From assembly GCF_963506605.1 (NCBI RefSeq), contig NC_083277.1, forward strand, positions 8,060,001 to 8,124,000: a stretch of 64,000 bases of DNA, read 5' to 3'. Shown in pieces: positions 1 to 12,353 of the stretch. Position 1 is the first letter of the stretch, and the number at the start of each line of letters is the position of its first letter. Below the pieces are notes generated by a model. It did not search any database. It was not told the DNA's origin and saw only the letters and a program-made list of their open reading frames with translations. This stretch comes from Zootoca vivipara (taxonomy: Eukaryota). The position numbers and the translations under genes are program-made.

Positions 1-465
1 AATTTAAGAAATTCAATAAACGCATCAGTAAAAACATCTATGAATGCTGGTATAATGCTGGACATTGCAAAGGCCTATGGATAAATCTCTGAAACGACAA
101 TGGGATATCAGGTCCGCCCAAAGCATGATGGAGAACAGCAACAACTGGGAAAAGAGAGACATAATATCTTGCAAGGACAGGAAGAAACACCACGGACAGA
201 ATAATTGCCATATGCAGGAGGAACAAGGATATAGTTTGAATGCCTCATTGTAATTCTATAAATAATTTAATGTGTCAACACGAATAGAAGTTATTAATAT
301 TGCAGTTGTTGTATAAGGGGTTATTATTTTGACCGGAATGTAATTGAAATTAATAAGATTTTGCAACGCAGAAATGAAGAAAATCATCCAATCATCAATT
401 CTAGCACATGGGGGGGTTGGGCACCTAAATTATACAATTTGGTATTTGAATGATTGGTATTAGTA

Positions 466-715
466 CCATCGTACCTTGGAAGTCGAACGGAATCCGTTCC
501 GGAAATCCGTTCAACTTCCAAAATGTTCAGAAACCAAAGTACAGCTTCTGATTGGCTGCAGGAAGGTCCTGCAGAAAATCGGAAGCCGTGGAAGCCCCGT
601 CGGACGTTCGGCTTCCAAAAATAGTTCGCAAACTGAAACCGTCACTTCCGGGTTTGTGGCGTTTGGGAATCAAAACATTCGAGAACTAAGCTGTTTGAAA
701 ACCAAGGTACGACTG
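466..715. mobile_element. Tc1/pogo (Tigger-like) MITE; inverted copy at 29094-29346
   Basis: TA-flanked TIR CAGTCGTACCTTGG (left copy degenerate). The two copies are reverse complements. Confidence 0.75.
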
Positions 716-1105
716 TAATTGTATTATAATTTGGTATTGCTATAATGAGGCTATTATTGAACTGGAAACTAATAAAAATTATTATTTTAAAAAATGACAT
801 TGCAAAGGCTTGTCTCAATGACACAGGCAACGTCTAATTGCAGGAATGATTCCTGTTGTGCATCTACGAGCAGGGAGTTCCACAGGCCACAGCCTGTCAT
901 ACTACCGGTACATAGTAAAGGGCAACCAAACCTCAGGGGTGATGAGGAATCACAATAAGTCTCCCAGTTGGGCCTTAAGGAGCTCGGTGCTCCTTAAGGC
1001 ATTTCTGGTCCAAATCGCTCAGAGCTCTGTAAATAAGCAGAAGCAGCCGACCTGCTCACAGGTGGACAACCACTTTGGTTCGATCACCGGCTCCCTGCTT
1101 TTTAC

Positions 1106-1435
1106 CTGCTGCTCCCGTCTCCTTGCTCCTCGCTGCCTCAGGATGAGCTCCTCCGGCTGCTGAGGGGGCCCCCATCCAGAATGAGGCGACTGGATGAGTC
1201 TCACGTGCTTCTGGCCGTGGGCTTCCCAGCACTGAGGCACCTCTTCGTCCAGCTCCTGCTTGACCTGCTCCGGCCCTGGCCATCCCAAAATGTCCCTCAG
1301 CCTCCCAGCCCGGATGACGCAAGGCCCTTTCGCCGGTCCGTCTTCCTCTTCCTCATCCTCCTCTTCCATTTTTATATGCAGCACTTGGTCTCCTGCCATC
1401 TGGAGGTTGGCCACCGCTGCCCGCTCAGCAGCCAT
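1106..1435 (-). CDS. ZNF-A first coding exon: paralogue of the SCAN-ZNF first exons but lacking the SCAN domain; remaining exons would lie left of the window
   Basis: MAAER...IKMEEED...VIRAG...VKQE...QCWEAH...SPHSGWGPPQ matches the N-termini of ZNF-B/C. It ends EELILRQRGARRREQQ followed by a CAG|GTAAAA phase-0 donor at 1106, like the EEQ|GT donors of the paralogues. Confidence 0.65.
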
Positions 1436-1665
1436 TTTGTCCTTTCCAGCCTTGTGTCAACGTCGGCCTGCACTGGTTGCCTACAGACCTCCTTCTTTTG
1501 CTGCGAGCATTGGGCAAACAGCACCAGTTCCTCAAACTGATCTCCCAGGGTCCTTTTTTTTTCTTCGATCGTGCTACAAATTATTTAGGGTATTTAGACA
1601 TACAGATGTCAGCATCACACACAAGGTTTTGCTCCTGCAAGGAAGATATACAGAAAACAGAAGGC

Positions 1666-1667
<2 letters not shown>

Positions 1668-1730
<63 letters not shown>
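1668..1730. repeat. (AG)n microsatellite
   Basis: About 31 perfect units. Confidence 0.95.
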
Positions 1731-1735
<5 letters not shown>

Positions 1736-2610
1736 CAATAAATTAACCCGCTAAACTGATATTCCATATCAGGAGTGGGAAATTTTTTTCATTTCAAGGG
1801 CCTTACTGTATATGCAAATTTTACCTTTGTTCAGTAGGCCAGTTTTTGCTCAAAGCTCTATAACCACATGATGGAATGATGGAAACAGTATAATATTATT
1901 TTTAGCAGGGCAGCTGACGAAGGAGAAATGTGAAAAAAAAGTCGATCACAGTAATGTGTGCATTATTTTCGTGATTAACCAAATCCTAAAAGGGAGCCAG
2001 TGATGCTTTTAAAACTAAACACACAAAAACACAACACACTTTCTTGTGGCTAGGACAAATTAACGACACCCGGTTCAGTGTCCTGTCCTGTTTCCTGGAT
2101 TTTGTAATATCTTAACCAGTCCGTGAAATGCAGGAAGTTTATTCTTTTGCACTGTCTTCCTGTAAGAAATGCAGCCAAGGCTCTTCAGTGGGGTTGGTGG
2201 ATAAATTTGATTCAGTCTGCATTTAAAGACGATCTTATGCGATTGGCATTTTCTGGGGGGAAAACAACATGCAAAACGAAACAGCCATCCTTTGAAATTT
2301 GCGCTTGTCCAATTTTTGCACTGCAGTCCTCCAGCCACGTAATGTGAACAAAAATGGATAAAGTGTGCGTTGAAATGTATATATTAACGTAAACAAAACA
2401 GAATTGTATTAGGAGAAACTGCATAAAAAACTGTGCATATTATGAGTAACTAGCAGTAAAATGAGAATTGATTTTCACAAGGACTTGAAAATATAAATTG
2501 CAAGCTGATGTGGAAATTTGGAGAACAGAACTAAACATTAGAAAGCAAGATACTGAAAGAAATTGAAATTAATTTCTATTCATCCCTACTCTTATGTATG
2601 TGCCATTAAT

Positions 2611-2759
2611 AGCCTGGATAGCTCAGTTGGGTAGAACGTGGTGCTGATAACACCAAGGTTACAGGTTCGATACCCGTATGGGACAGCTGCATATTCCTGC
2701 ATTGCAGGGGGTTGGACTAGATGACCCTCAGGGTCCCTTCCAACTCTACGATTCTATGA
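2611..2759 (+). mobile_element. tRNA-Ile-derived SINE with CR1-type 3' tail (other copies ~6883-7025 +, ~16564-16710 -, ~28605-28720 +)
   Basis: A-box TAGCTCAGTTGG and B-box GGTTCGATACCC, then GGGTTGGACTAGATGACC...CCTTCCAACTCT...ATTCTATGA. Confidence 0.8.
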
Positions 2760-2910
2760 AAAATATTAACACGCTGCATCCAAGCAACTCAAATAGATAT
2801 AGACTCCAAAGCACCTGGCATTCATAACACTTAATGCATCTGATGAAGGGGACTGTAGTAGCAGACAAAAACTTACAATAAATGTACAGTATTCAGTCAT
2901 TAAGGTTTCA

Positions 2911-2953
<43 letters not shown>

Positions 2954-3493
2954 TTTGTTGCAGACTGGCATACCTACCACAATTGGAATCAATAAAACGA
3001 ACACCACCATCACTTAGAACATTTCTAGATCCCAAACACACCCCGTCTCAAAATAAACACACAGCTTTTGTTTGGCATCATGGGCATAGCCAGAATTTAT
3101 GTTGGGGTGGGGGGGCAGGACACCCCCCTGTCACCATTCTCTGCCTGTCTGGCTCTGACTAGCAGATTCGGAATGAAGTGTCTTGACCACGTTTTCTTCA
3201 AAATTTACTATCTTTCGACTACAAGTGCTCAGAAAAACCTGTCAAAATCTTTCCATGGGGTCACGAAGAGTCGGACACGACTAAACAACTAAACAACAAC
3301 AACATTTTTATTTATTTACTTGATTTTTTGGGGGGGAAGACTGCTCTCCTGCCTACACCCATGTTTAGCATCCAAGTTAACTATAGTCCTGGCAATGAAA
3401 ATACCTTATCTCCATAGAAAGAGAACAGGGCAGGAAAGGGCTGTGGGCTAGTGACTCTCAGGGCAGAAAACTGTCTGCTTAACTGAATAATAT

Positions 3494-3831
3494 AATAATA
3501 ATTTATTATTTATACCCCGCCCATTTGGCTGGGTTTCCCAAGCCACCTTGGGGGCGGCTTCCAACAAAATATTAAAATACATTGGTCTGTTAAACATTAA
3601 AAGCTTTCCTAAACAGGGCTGCCTTCAGATGTCTTCTAAAAGTCTGGCAGATGTTTTTCTCTTTGACATCTGATGGGAGGGCGTTCCACAGGGTGGGTGC
3701 CACTACCAGGAAGGCCCTCTGCCTGGTTCCCTGTAACTTGGCTTCTCGCAACGAGGGAACCGCCAGAAGGCCCACGGCGCTGGACCTCAGTGTCCGGGCA
3801 GAATGATGGGGGTGGAGACGCTCCTTCAGGT
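3494..3831 (-). mobile_element. L2-type LINE 3' fragment (other copies ~15497-15760 +, ~25008-25325 -, ~25660-25884 -, ~38918-39096 +, ~42860-43020 -)
   Basis: ORF2 C-terminus RTLRSS...RAFxVVAPxLWNALP...FRRHLK plus the 3' UTR and (TAA)n tail. Confidence 0.75.
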
Positions 3832-3970
3832 ATACAGGTATACAGGTATAACTGAAGAGACAAACCAGGCTGACACTGAACTTGGGAGAACCCACGACTT
3901 AGAAGGAAGGCCTGGGAACAAGTATAGGGGTCTGGTTTTTGCTGGTGTTTTACTTTTGCAGGGGACGTTC

Positions 3971-4100
3971 CAGACCCTCCAACTGTCCCTATTTTCCAGG
4001 GACGATCCTGGATTTACAGAAGCTTTCTGATTTCATCCCGGAATATTCCGCTTTTCCTTAGGACGTCCCTCATTTCATCGCAGAAATGTTGGCGGGTATG
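3971..4100. mobile_element. Short TIR element; inverted copy at 31008-31146
   Basis: CAGACCCTCCAAC...GTTGG(C/A)GGGTATG termini in both copies. Confidence 0.6.
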
Positions 4101-5999
4101 GAGTGCTCACGCACACCCTTTGAAATGATACACCCAATAAAAGCCGGATTTGGCGCAGGATCCTTATACTGTACAGCATGTTCTTTTGCAGTTCACGATG
4201 AACCGCAACACAACTGCAGTTATATATATAAGTTACGGATTCGCTGACGTGGGGCTTTGTTTGAGCATTTTGCTCTGGCTTGGGTGGAAAGAGGGAGGGG
4301 ATGTTACTGCTGGCTGACACCAGCTGTTCTTAAACTCGCTTGCGCCTACAAGCATTCATTAAATTCCTTCCTCTCTATTTTTGCAATTCCAGTGAATACA
4401 ACTCTGCCCCGCTACCCCTCCATCGTAATAAATTGTAGCTGCATGCAACCCACTTGAGAGCTCACCTTTTTCGGGGATCTGCCCCTCCCCTTCTATGGGG
4501 AGCAAGGGGTCGGCTTCCTTCTGCTGCGCATGCAGCTACTGCCAGATTATCGATTATCTCTCCTGGTGCTGCTTGCAAGGATTCAAACAGGCCATTTCCT
4601 CCCCTGCCCCCACCAGGAAGCCGATTTCATGCTTCGCCAGCTGCACAAAACGGGGGGTTGCTATTTCTCAGGCTTTCTAGGCAACCGGAGGAGCTCGCTC
4701 GGTTTAACCCTACAGCGCCCCTCTGGCTTAAAAACGGTGCAGGGAAGAAGAGCTTTAGGAGAGGCCCCATCCGCACTACCCATTTGTAGCGCAATAACAC
4801 CTTGATCACTCATGAGATGGGAGTTGTAACATCTGGAAGGCTGCAGCTTCCCCTCCCCTGCTATAATGCTAATATTAAACCCATTCTCTGAATGTGGATG
4901 TTTAATGTAGTCAACTGGCCAACTTCCTGGAAAAAGAGGGAGATCTCAGTAGGCTTGGGCGGAGACAAAAGTTTGGAGAGAAAAAAGAAAAATAATAATA
5001 ACTGGTTGGATGAGGGAGAATCCTAAGGGGTGTGTATGTATGAAAATGGCTGTTGGTAGGGAAAGGCAATGGAGTATCCTGGAGGAAGGGCATGGCTGGC
5101 AAAAACCAGGCACAAAACAAGTAAGTGTACACACCATAGCCGTAGCCAGGGGGCAGGACAGGCAGCTGCTCCCCCACAAATAAAAAGTAAATAAATAAAA
5201 ATACTTAACTAACTGACCAATTGTGTTGCAGATACCGTAACTTGGTTCTGCCCCCCTTAACATAAAGCCTGCCCCCCCCCAAATAAATCCTGGCTACGTC
5301 CATTGCATACACTGCAACACTGGATTGCAGGTCCTATCGGCACATATTTCTTATTCATCTTAAATGAAATGAGCAGTGAACAATTGTATTTATTTATTCC
5401 TTTATTCTCTATTCCACTTAATCATCGACGTCTCTAATAAAATTGCAAAAAGATGAATCTGACAAAGTGGAATGATAAAAATTCACCATCAAATCTAACG
5501 AGAAATGCCTGCTGAAGAAAGAAGTTCTGTGCCATGCGCCTGAAGTTCTGCAGAGAGTATGGCTTAGAATCATACAATGGTGGAGTCAGAAGGGGACCCG
5601 AAGGGTCATCTAGTCCAACCCCCTGCAATGCAGGAACCACAGCTAAAGAGTCCCTGGCAGATGGCCATTCCAAACTCTGCTTAAAAACCTCCAAGGAAAG
5701 AGAGTCCATCACCTTCAGCAAAAGCATCCCAAGAACTATAAGGGTGTTAAACGTTGCTCTCATTCCCCTCATGGAGCTGACAGTTCCACAGAGTGGTTTA
5801 ACAATCCATGCCTTTCCCAGGGTTCTCTCTGCAAATTGTACCTCTGTGGGGAAAACACGGGTCGTCTCAGCAATTCTCAACACCCTTTAAAAAACTACAG
5901 TTCCAGAATAATTTGGGGGAAGCTGCTGCAAGTGGCATGTACGTCCAAGGGAGACAATGGAGTGTGCCTCTGGAGGTGAAGTCAAACCGCTGGAGAATC

Positions 6000-6643
6000 T
6001 GTCACTTTTGCATTTCTTAGTACAGAAAGTATTGATCTGATGTGTAGAGATCTTTCCTATTGTAATTAGTTCAAAATATCTGACGAAGTGTGCATGCACA
6101 CGAAAGCTCATACCAAAATAAAAACTTAGTTGGTCTTTAAGGTGCTACTGAAGGAATTTTTTTATTTAGTTCAAAAGGGTTCTGGAAACTTCTCTGCATG
6201 AAAGAAACAAGCAGAAGATTATTCCTTCAGAGAAGCTGAGTACAGCTGGCTTAAATTGGTCCTGTTATCTCTTTCTGTCAAGGTCCTGCTGACTATAATA
6301 ATAAGACCAGAAGGAGCCTGGGTTTCACATTTTCTATCTCTTTTCCTTCTGGTGTGGGGTTCTGTACATAGATACCGGTAGTGTTATAATAAGACTTAAA
6401 GTTACTGTAAGTTTCAGTTAAGTCTGCTGCAACTGGATTTCTTATGGACAGTGCCAATCCTTAATGTATTGGATTTGTGACCATGATGCTTATTTGCCTT
6501 CCATAGCAGTAAAGCTGTGCTTGAATGAAACACCATTGCCTCTGGACTATTTTTGGGGAATCTTGCAATGTGTTTAAGTTTTTACTCTGCTAACTATACA
6601 ACCGAGTTCTGCTCTGGATCAATATTGAGTAGAATTCATGACA
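6000..6643. mobile_element. Solo LTR containing a nested Penelope-type fragment
   Basis: TGTCA...TGACA termini with 5-bp TSD GAATC (5995-5999 and 6644-6648). The insert at about 6077-6165 is flanked by TTAGTTCAAAA repeats. Confidence 0.65.
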
Positions 6644-7189
6644 GAATCACAAGTAACTTGTACCTGCTGCCTCTCACAAGGTAAGGTGTAGTTGTGGCAG
6701 GCATTTGTAGATACCAGCCGAGGCTGTTCAGAATGGGGCCACTAATCTGCTGGCCATCATTTCAGAGATATCGAGGTCTTACAATAAAAGCAATCTGTGA
6801 TAACGCTGAACTAAAATATAAATATAAACTTTTCCCAAGGTTAGCATATCTACAGGAGGGGAGGGGAACCAGATGCCCTCCAGATACCTCCATTGGTTAG
6901 AATGTGGTACTGATGATGCCAAGGTTGCAGGTTCGATCCCCGTAGGAGACAGCTGCATACTCCTGCATTGCAGGGGGTTAGACTGGATGACCCTCAGGGT
7001 CCCTTCCATCTCTACAATTCTGTGATGCTGGACTCCATCTCCCATCATTCCTGACCATTGGCCATGCTGGCTGGGGTCACCCTACATATTTACAGGCCTC
7101 TGTGTGGGCGTTAGCTTCTTCCCCCGAATAATCCTGGGAGCTGTAGTTTGTAAGGGTGGCGAGAGCTGTTAGGAAGCAGAATTGGATAC

Positions 7190-7780
7190 GTGTTGGAAAT
7201 GCAAAGAAATGAAGGGAACGTTTTTTCATATGTGGTGGACATGTACAAAGGTAAAAGAATATTGGGAAATATGTTGAAAAAAAATATGTTGAAAATAACT
7301 TTTCCCAAAAGACCGGAGTCCTTTTTGCTGGGGGAAATCTAGACTGAAGCCCCTGAGTGTCAACAAAATTTATTTATGTATGCAACAACAGCAGCCCGAG
7401 TTTGGTTAGCCCCAAAATGGAAAGTGAGCGAGGTGCCAGGCAAAGAGGACTAGCAACATAAGATGGTAGAATATGCATTGCTTGCAGGTTTAACATATAG
7501 AATATGAAAGCAAGAAGAACATATATGGAAAATATTTATTGAGGATATGGAAAATAACGGTACACAGCTGAAAACGCTGGCAGCCTTAAGATAAAATCAA
7601 CAGTGTAATTAATGTTTGAGCGACGTAAAAGTTGATAACAGACTAAAATGGCGACAGCAAAATATGCAGGAATGAAAGATAAATAAAATGAACGGAGGAA
7701 ATAGAAGGACGGAAGTCGTGGGATATCTAACAGCATGTAAAATGCTTATTTTGAGATGTAAAACTGAAAATATAAATTAT
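7190..7780 (+). mobile_element. Degenerate L1 ORF2 C-terminus and 3' UTR
   Basis: CWKCKEMKGTF..MWWTC...PESFLLG...YATTAARV motifs, then an A-rich tail. Confidence 0.6.
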
Positions 7781-10289
7781 ATATAAAGAGTTGTTAGGCC
7801 TCCTATTCCCCTCACAAGAGCTCTCTGTAGGAAAAACACTGAAGCCTAATTTGATTAGCAGAATACCTGGCCTCTAGTGGGTGGGGCTTTCATGCTGTAC
7901 TCTAGAATGGCCCCTCCCTTCAGGCTGTCAGTTTAAAAAAAGGGTTCAACTGTCACTTACCTCAAAGTGCTTCGTTTCCCTCAGTCAGCATGTTACTATG
8001 CTACATTTCTCTACTATGAAAGCTTTGTTTCATATATATCCAGTTGAGCCATTCACCTCACTGGGTGAAAAGACAAACTCTGCTAAAGAAGGTGGAATAA
8101 CTTAAGCAGGACGAGTGAGGAGATATTTCTCTGACAGGAGGACAGATTTCTATCCCCCCACCCCACCCCCAGGAAGACAGACTGCCTGTTAGACCACTCT
8201 AAAAAAATAGAGCTCCGTGAGGGGAATAAGGGTCTCTAAACAACTCTAAGATTGCCATATTTCAAACAGTGAAAATCCGGACAGAAAAGTTGTTGAGGAT
8301 GTTGACCTTTTTTTAAAGCAAATTCACCAAAAGTTGACAAATGAAGTTTTTGAGCCATTTCTAAGGATAATCAACAACACTGCCAACATGGGTTGCCATA
8401 CGTCCCAACATTTATTATTATTATTATTAATTATTATTATTAGCCGATTTCCACTCAGACACTGCGTCCAGCTGTGGTATTCCAGACGTATGGCAACCCT
8501 AAGCAACTCTCACCACCCTTAACAGCTCCCAGGATTTGGGGAGCGGCATGATACTGCTTTATCGTTTCGATGACACCTCAGAGTAGAGACACTTAAATTA
8601 AGAAACATGTCTTAACTTTGGTCCAGTGGGTCAATTCCGCACAGGACTTCAATAAATCAGGGGTTCCCAAAATGTGGTCCGCAGGCTTCAGGCAGGCATG
8701 CCCAAAGTTAATTTCATAGTGACTTTTAAATGTATTTCTATTGCTGCTTTTATTTGTCGCATTGTAATTTATTGCATTACCATTTGAATGTTATTGGATG
8801 CAAACCGTCGCACAATTTAACAAATCCAAGCAGCAATGGAAATGTTCTTTTAAAATTACACAGCATCTAGCACAGTGGGTTACAATTGCTACAACAGGTA
8901 ACAAAATCATTAAGTGGCCCACCAACTCTTAGCAATTTTCAAGCGGTCCATATGGCACAGAAAGTTTGGGAACCACGGCAACTGGTATTTTTTCCAAACC
9001 AAAACCAAACAGAAATGGGGAATACATTCATATCCACAAAGGTAGTCATCACGGCACTCTGTAGTGTGGTCTTAAAAATGAAGATAACCAACTCATTTTT
9101 TATTTTACTTCTGGAAATATAAAGTAAGCCATACAGGTGGACGTCTTCAAAAATCAAGTTCAAACTACCCATCCTGTGGTAGGAAAACAGGTAACAGCTG
9201 TGGCAGGGAGGAGGTTGGAAAGAGAGAGAAAAAAAACAACTCCACAGATAGGCAAAAATGCAAATAGCAAATGAATCATTTCCAATCAATCAGTCAACTG
9301 TAAATGCACATTAAGAGGGAGACAGAAAGACATCTTCTTTAGCTGAAATCCAGAAGAGTGTCTGCTTGGATGGGACAGAGACCTGTAAGAAAATGTTGGT
9401 TCTGCAGTTGGACTGGTATGTTTGAGCTTCCGAGTCCCATTATTTTCTGACCTTGGTGTTCCAGTCCCAGCTTGTGTCAGTGGCAGACCTTAGGCTTTCA
9501 AATTTGAGCAGTGCCCTGACTGATACCAAAATTTGGTGCCCCTGCCTCTTGCCCTATGTTCTAAGTCATTGTTTTGGGGGGGGGGCATGCAGCGCCTTCC
9601 CAGCTCAGCACCCAGTGCGGGCGAACCAGTCGTATTCCCCTAAATCCACCTCTGCTTGTGAAGGTGCTCAGATAAACGAGCTTGTCAAATTGAATAGCTC
9701 TGGGCTCTTTTGCCTCTTCCTGGGCCGGGCAAAATCTGATCCTGTAGGAAAGTGTTTATTTGAAATGCAGCAGGAATAAAAAGGTATTTCCACACAAAAA
9801 ATTATTTGCCAAATGTACAACCTGGGCAACATCGAGGTCTGCAAACACTGCTGGAAACACGTCGTTGTTGAAAATAAGCAATTCTGTAGCCAGTGAAACG
9901 CCATGGTACACCTACATCAGCCTAACTTTCATCTGCCATCGTGTAATAAAACATGTCTCTCCTGCAGGTGCTGTAATTCTCCAATGGTTTGAACTTTACC
10001 CCAAAGGCACATGCCAACAACAAACCAAGGCTGTTCTGTTATTATGTTCTGCTATAGAGGAGGGGGTGGGTTTGCTCCTGACTGGACAGTGCTTATCTGA
10101 CATAATACGTGATTACTAGCTCCTGACTAGACGGTGCAGATATGACCTCACACCCTGATGTGTCAATTTGTCCCTTTTCTGAAAAATGATATGGGGGAGA
10201 AAGAGCAAAGATGGGTTTGCCCCATGTATTTGCAGTGGGGGCAGAGCTGAAGCAAACGGCTGTTGATCCCTCAGAGGAAGGAGCCCAAG

Positions 10290-10597
10290 TGCTCATCAAA
10301 TCTGCAGATGGCACCAAACTGGAAGGGGTAGCTAATGGCGCAGAAGACAGAATCAGAATTCAAAATGACCGCAACAGATTGGAGAACCGGGCGCAGGCTA
10401 ACAAAATGAATTTCAATGGGAACAAATGTAAGGTTCTGCACTTAGGCAGGAAGAACCAGATGCACAAATATAGGATGGAGGACATCTGGCTTACTAGCAG
10501 TACATGTGAAAAGGATCTAGGGGTCTTGGTGGACCACAAGCTGAACTTGAGTCAACAGTGTGATGCAGCAGCAAAAGAGGCTAACGCTATTCTAGGC
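10290..10597 (+). mobile_element. CR1 LINE ORF2 (RT) fragment
   Basis: LIKSADGTKL (degenerate FADDTKL)...MNFNGNKCKVLHLG...EKDLGVLVDHKL...CDAAAKEANAILG. Confidence 0.85.
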
Positions 10598-10875
10598 CAC
10601 CGCCTCAAGTATAGGCATTTGATGCATCCTGTTGTCTATGCCCTGTGCCCTGTGCAGGAACGTGCACACCACAGAGGCTGGGAGCTGAGCAATTCTGGAC
10701 GCACACATTCACAGCAAGTCAGGTTAGTCCACTTTTCTCTGCAGGGTAACCTCTGCTAGCCTTATGGCAAGTATGTGCAGGAGATTGGACGGTGGCTGCC
10801 AGCCATGGTGCAAAAGACTGAGAAAGACAGGATTTCCCATCATCAGCTGTGGGAGCAGAGAGCCAAGCACCCCCC
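10595..10875 (+). repeat. ~280-bp unclassified direct repeat, second copy at 21604-21884
   Basis: Near-identical colinear sequence at both sites. Confidence 0.85.
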
Positions 10876-12353
10876 CACACACACACATAACACAAACAGG
10901 TCTTCCCACACCATTCCCACAATCCAGTCATTTGGAAGGAAGTAACTCAGGACTTGCTCCTGGCAGCAAGTTGCACAGCCAGAGAGGGCCCACTCGGTTG
11001 TTCCTTGGGATAACGGAAAGTCCGCTCTGCCAACAGACCCACAAAATACTATAAAACGAAAAATCGTGGGGGGGGGGGGAAGGTTAAAAGCCCTAGATTG
11101 GTCAGCAGCCTGGATTTCTCTCTCTCCTTTTTAAGAGAAGGTGTCCGGTTCCTCATACAACGTAAAAAAAGCATTCTGTCTTGCACAGATTCCTTGACAG
11201 CACCAGGGTTTACTCCAAGGTTTGCTCAAGGTTTACTCAAGAGTTTCAGCGGCAATCTGAGTGTTTCTCTCCCATGTGGATTTTCTGACATAGATATATT
11301 TTAAAACCTAAGCAGTGTTTTTCTCCTGCACCACCGTTCCATATGCAGAAATTTCAGTAGCTGTGGAAGATTCCTGGAGCTCAGGGATAGAACCTGGCTT
11401 TGTATGGCTCCAGGACCAATTCATTGCTTTGTTTTGTTTTTAAAAAATGGCCTCAAGTGGCTACTAGTCAAGGTGGATATGCTCTGCCTCCACAGTTGGA
11501 AGCAGCAATGCTTCTGAATACGAGTTGCTGGAAACCATGGGAGGGGAGATTGCTATGGCGTTCATGTTTTGCTATCCAGTTTCTCACAGGTTGGCCACTG
11601 TGAGAACAAGATACTGGACTAGATGGGCTATTGGCTTGATCCAGCACACTATTCTTGGGCTCTTCTATTCGTAAGCGCTGGGAAAGTCTTTATCCTCTCA
11701 AGATCTTGGAATGCTGCAGCCAGTCAGAATAGAAAATAAAGGGCTGGATGGACAAATAATCTGAAAGGCAGCTTCAATGAGACCCCACCCCACTCCACCC
11801 AGTCTAAGATTCTGACTCTGCTCCTCTTAGGTTGATGAAGGAGGGTGCAAAAGATGAGCCAAGGCAATCTGTCACAAGGAGAGCAACTTACTGATGGTGA
11901 CCTGGAAGCTTTAAGAATTCTCTAGAAACACCACCACTTGGCCCACTGTTGCTCATTCTTAAAAGTTCGAGCAGTTTTCCTTGAAATTCCCTATTTTGGC
12001 CAGAAGAGGGTGATGATGCATCTGTCAAACCACCCTAGCATCCCGTATGCCCTGAGTTCAAAACCTGATGCAGACTCAAGTTCCACCTTTTCGACGCACA
12101 GAAAAATCTGAGCTCACAAGGGATGCTTCCCTTTGTCTAATGTATTTACCTCAGCTGATTCCTCCATGGCTTCACTGGTGAACAGCAAATTTTTGAGTAA
12201 TAATCAAAAAAAGCTTTTTGCAGCATGGTGTTTTGTCAGATATATTTTCCTCACCACCACCTACTGACTAATAAAATCCAATCTGTTGTTTAAGTCCATA
12301 CACTTTTATGGCTTCTGGAAGTGTATGAGCACATAATTCAGGATCTTGCTTCC

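Noticed and set aside
2611-2685. tRNA-Ile-like gene
   Set aside because: The acceptor stem is imperfect and it is fused to a CR1-type tail in several dispersed copies, so it is a SINE head rather than a tRNA gene.
9668-9750. Possible alternative terminal exon on the minus strand (GSDFARPRKRQKSPELF...)
   Set aside because: Only an acceptor-like site and a short ORF, with no homology support.
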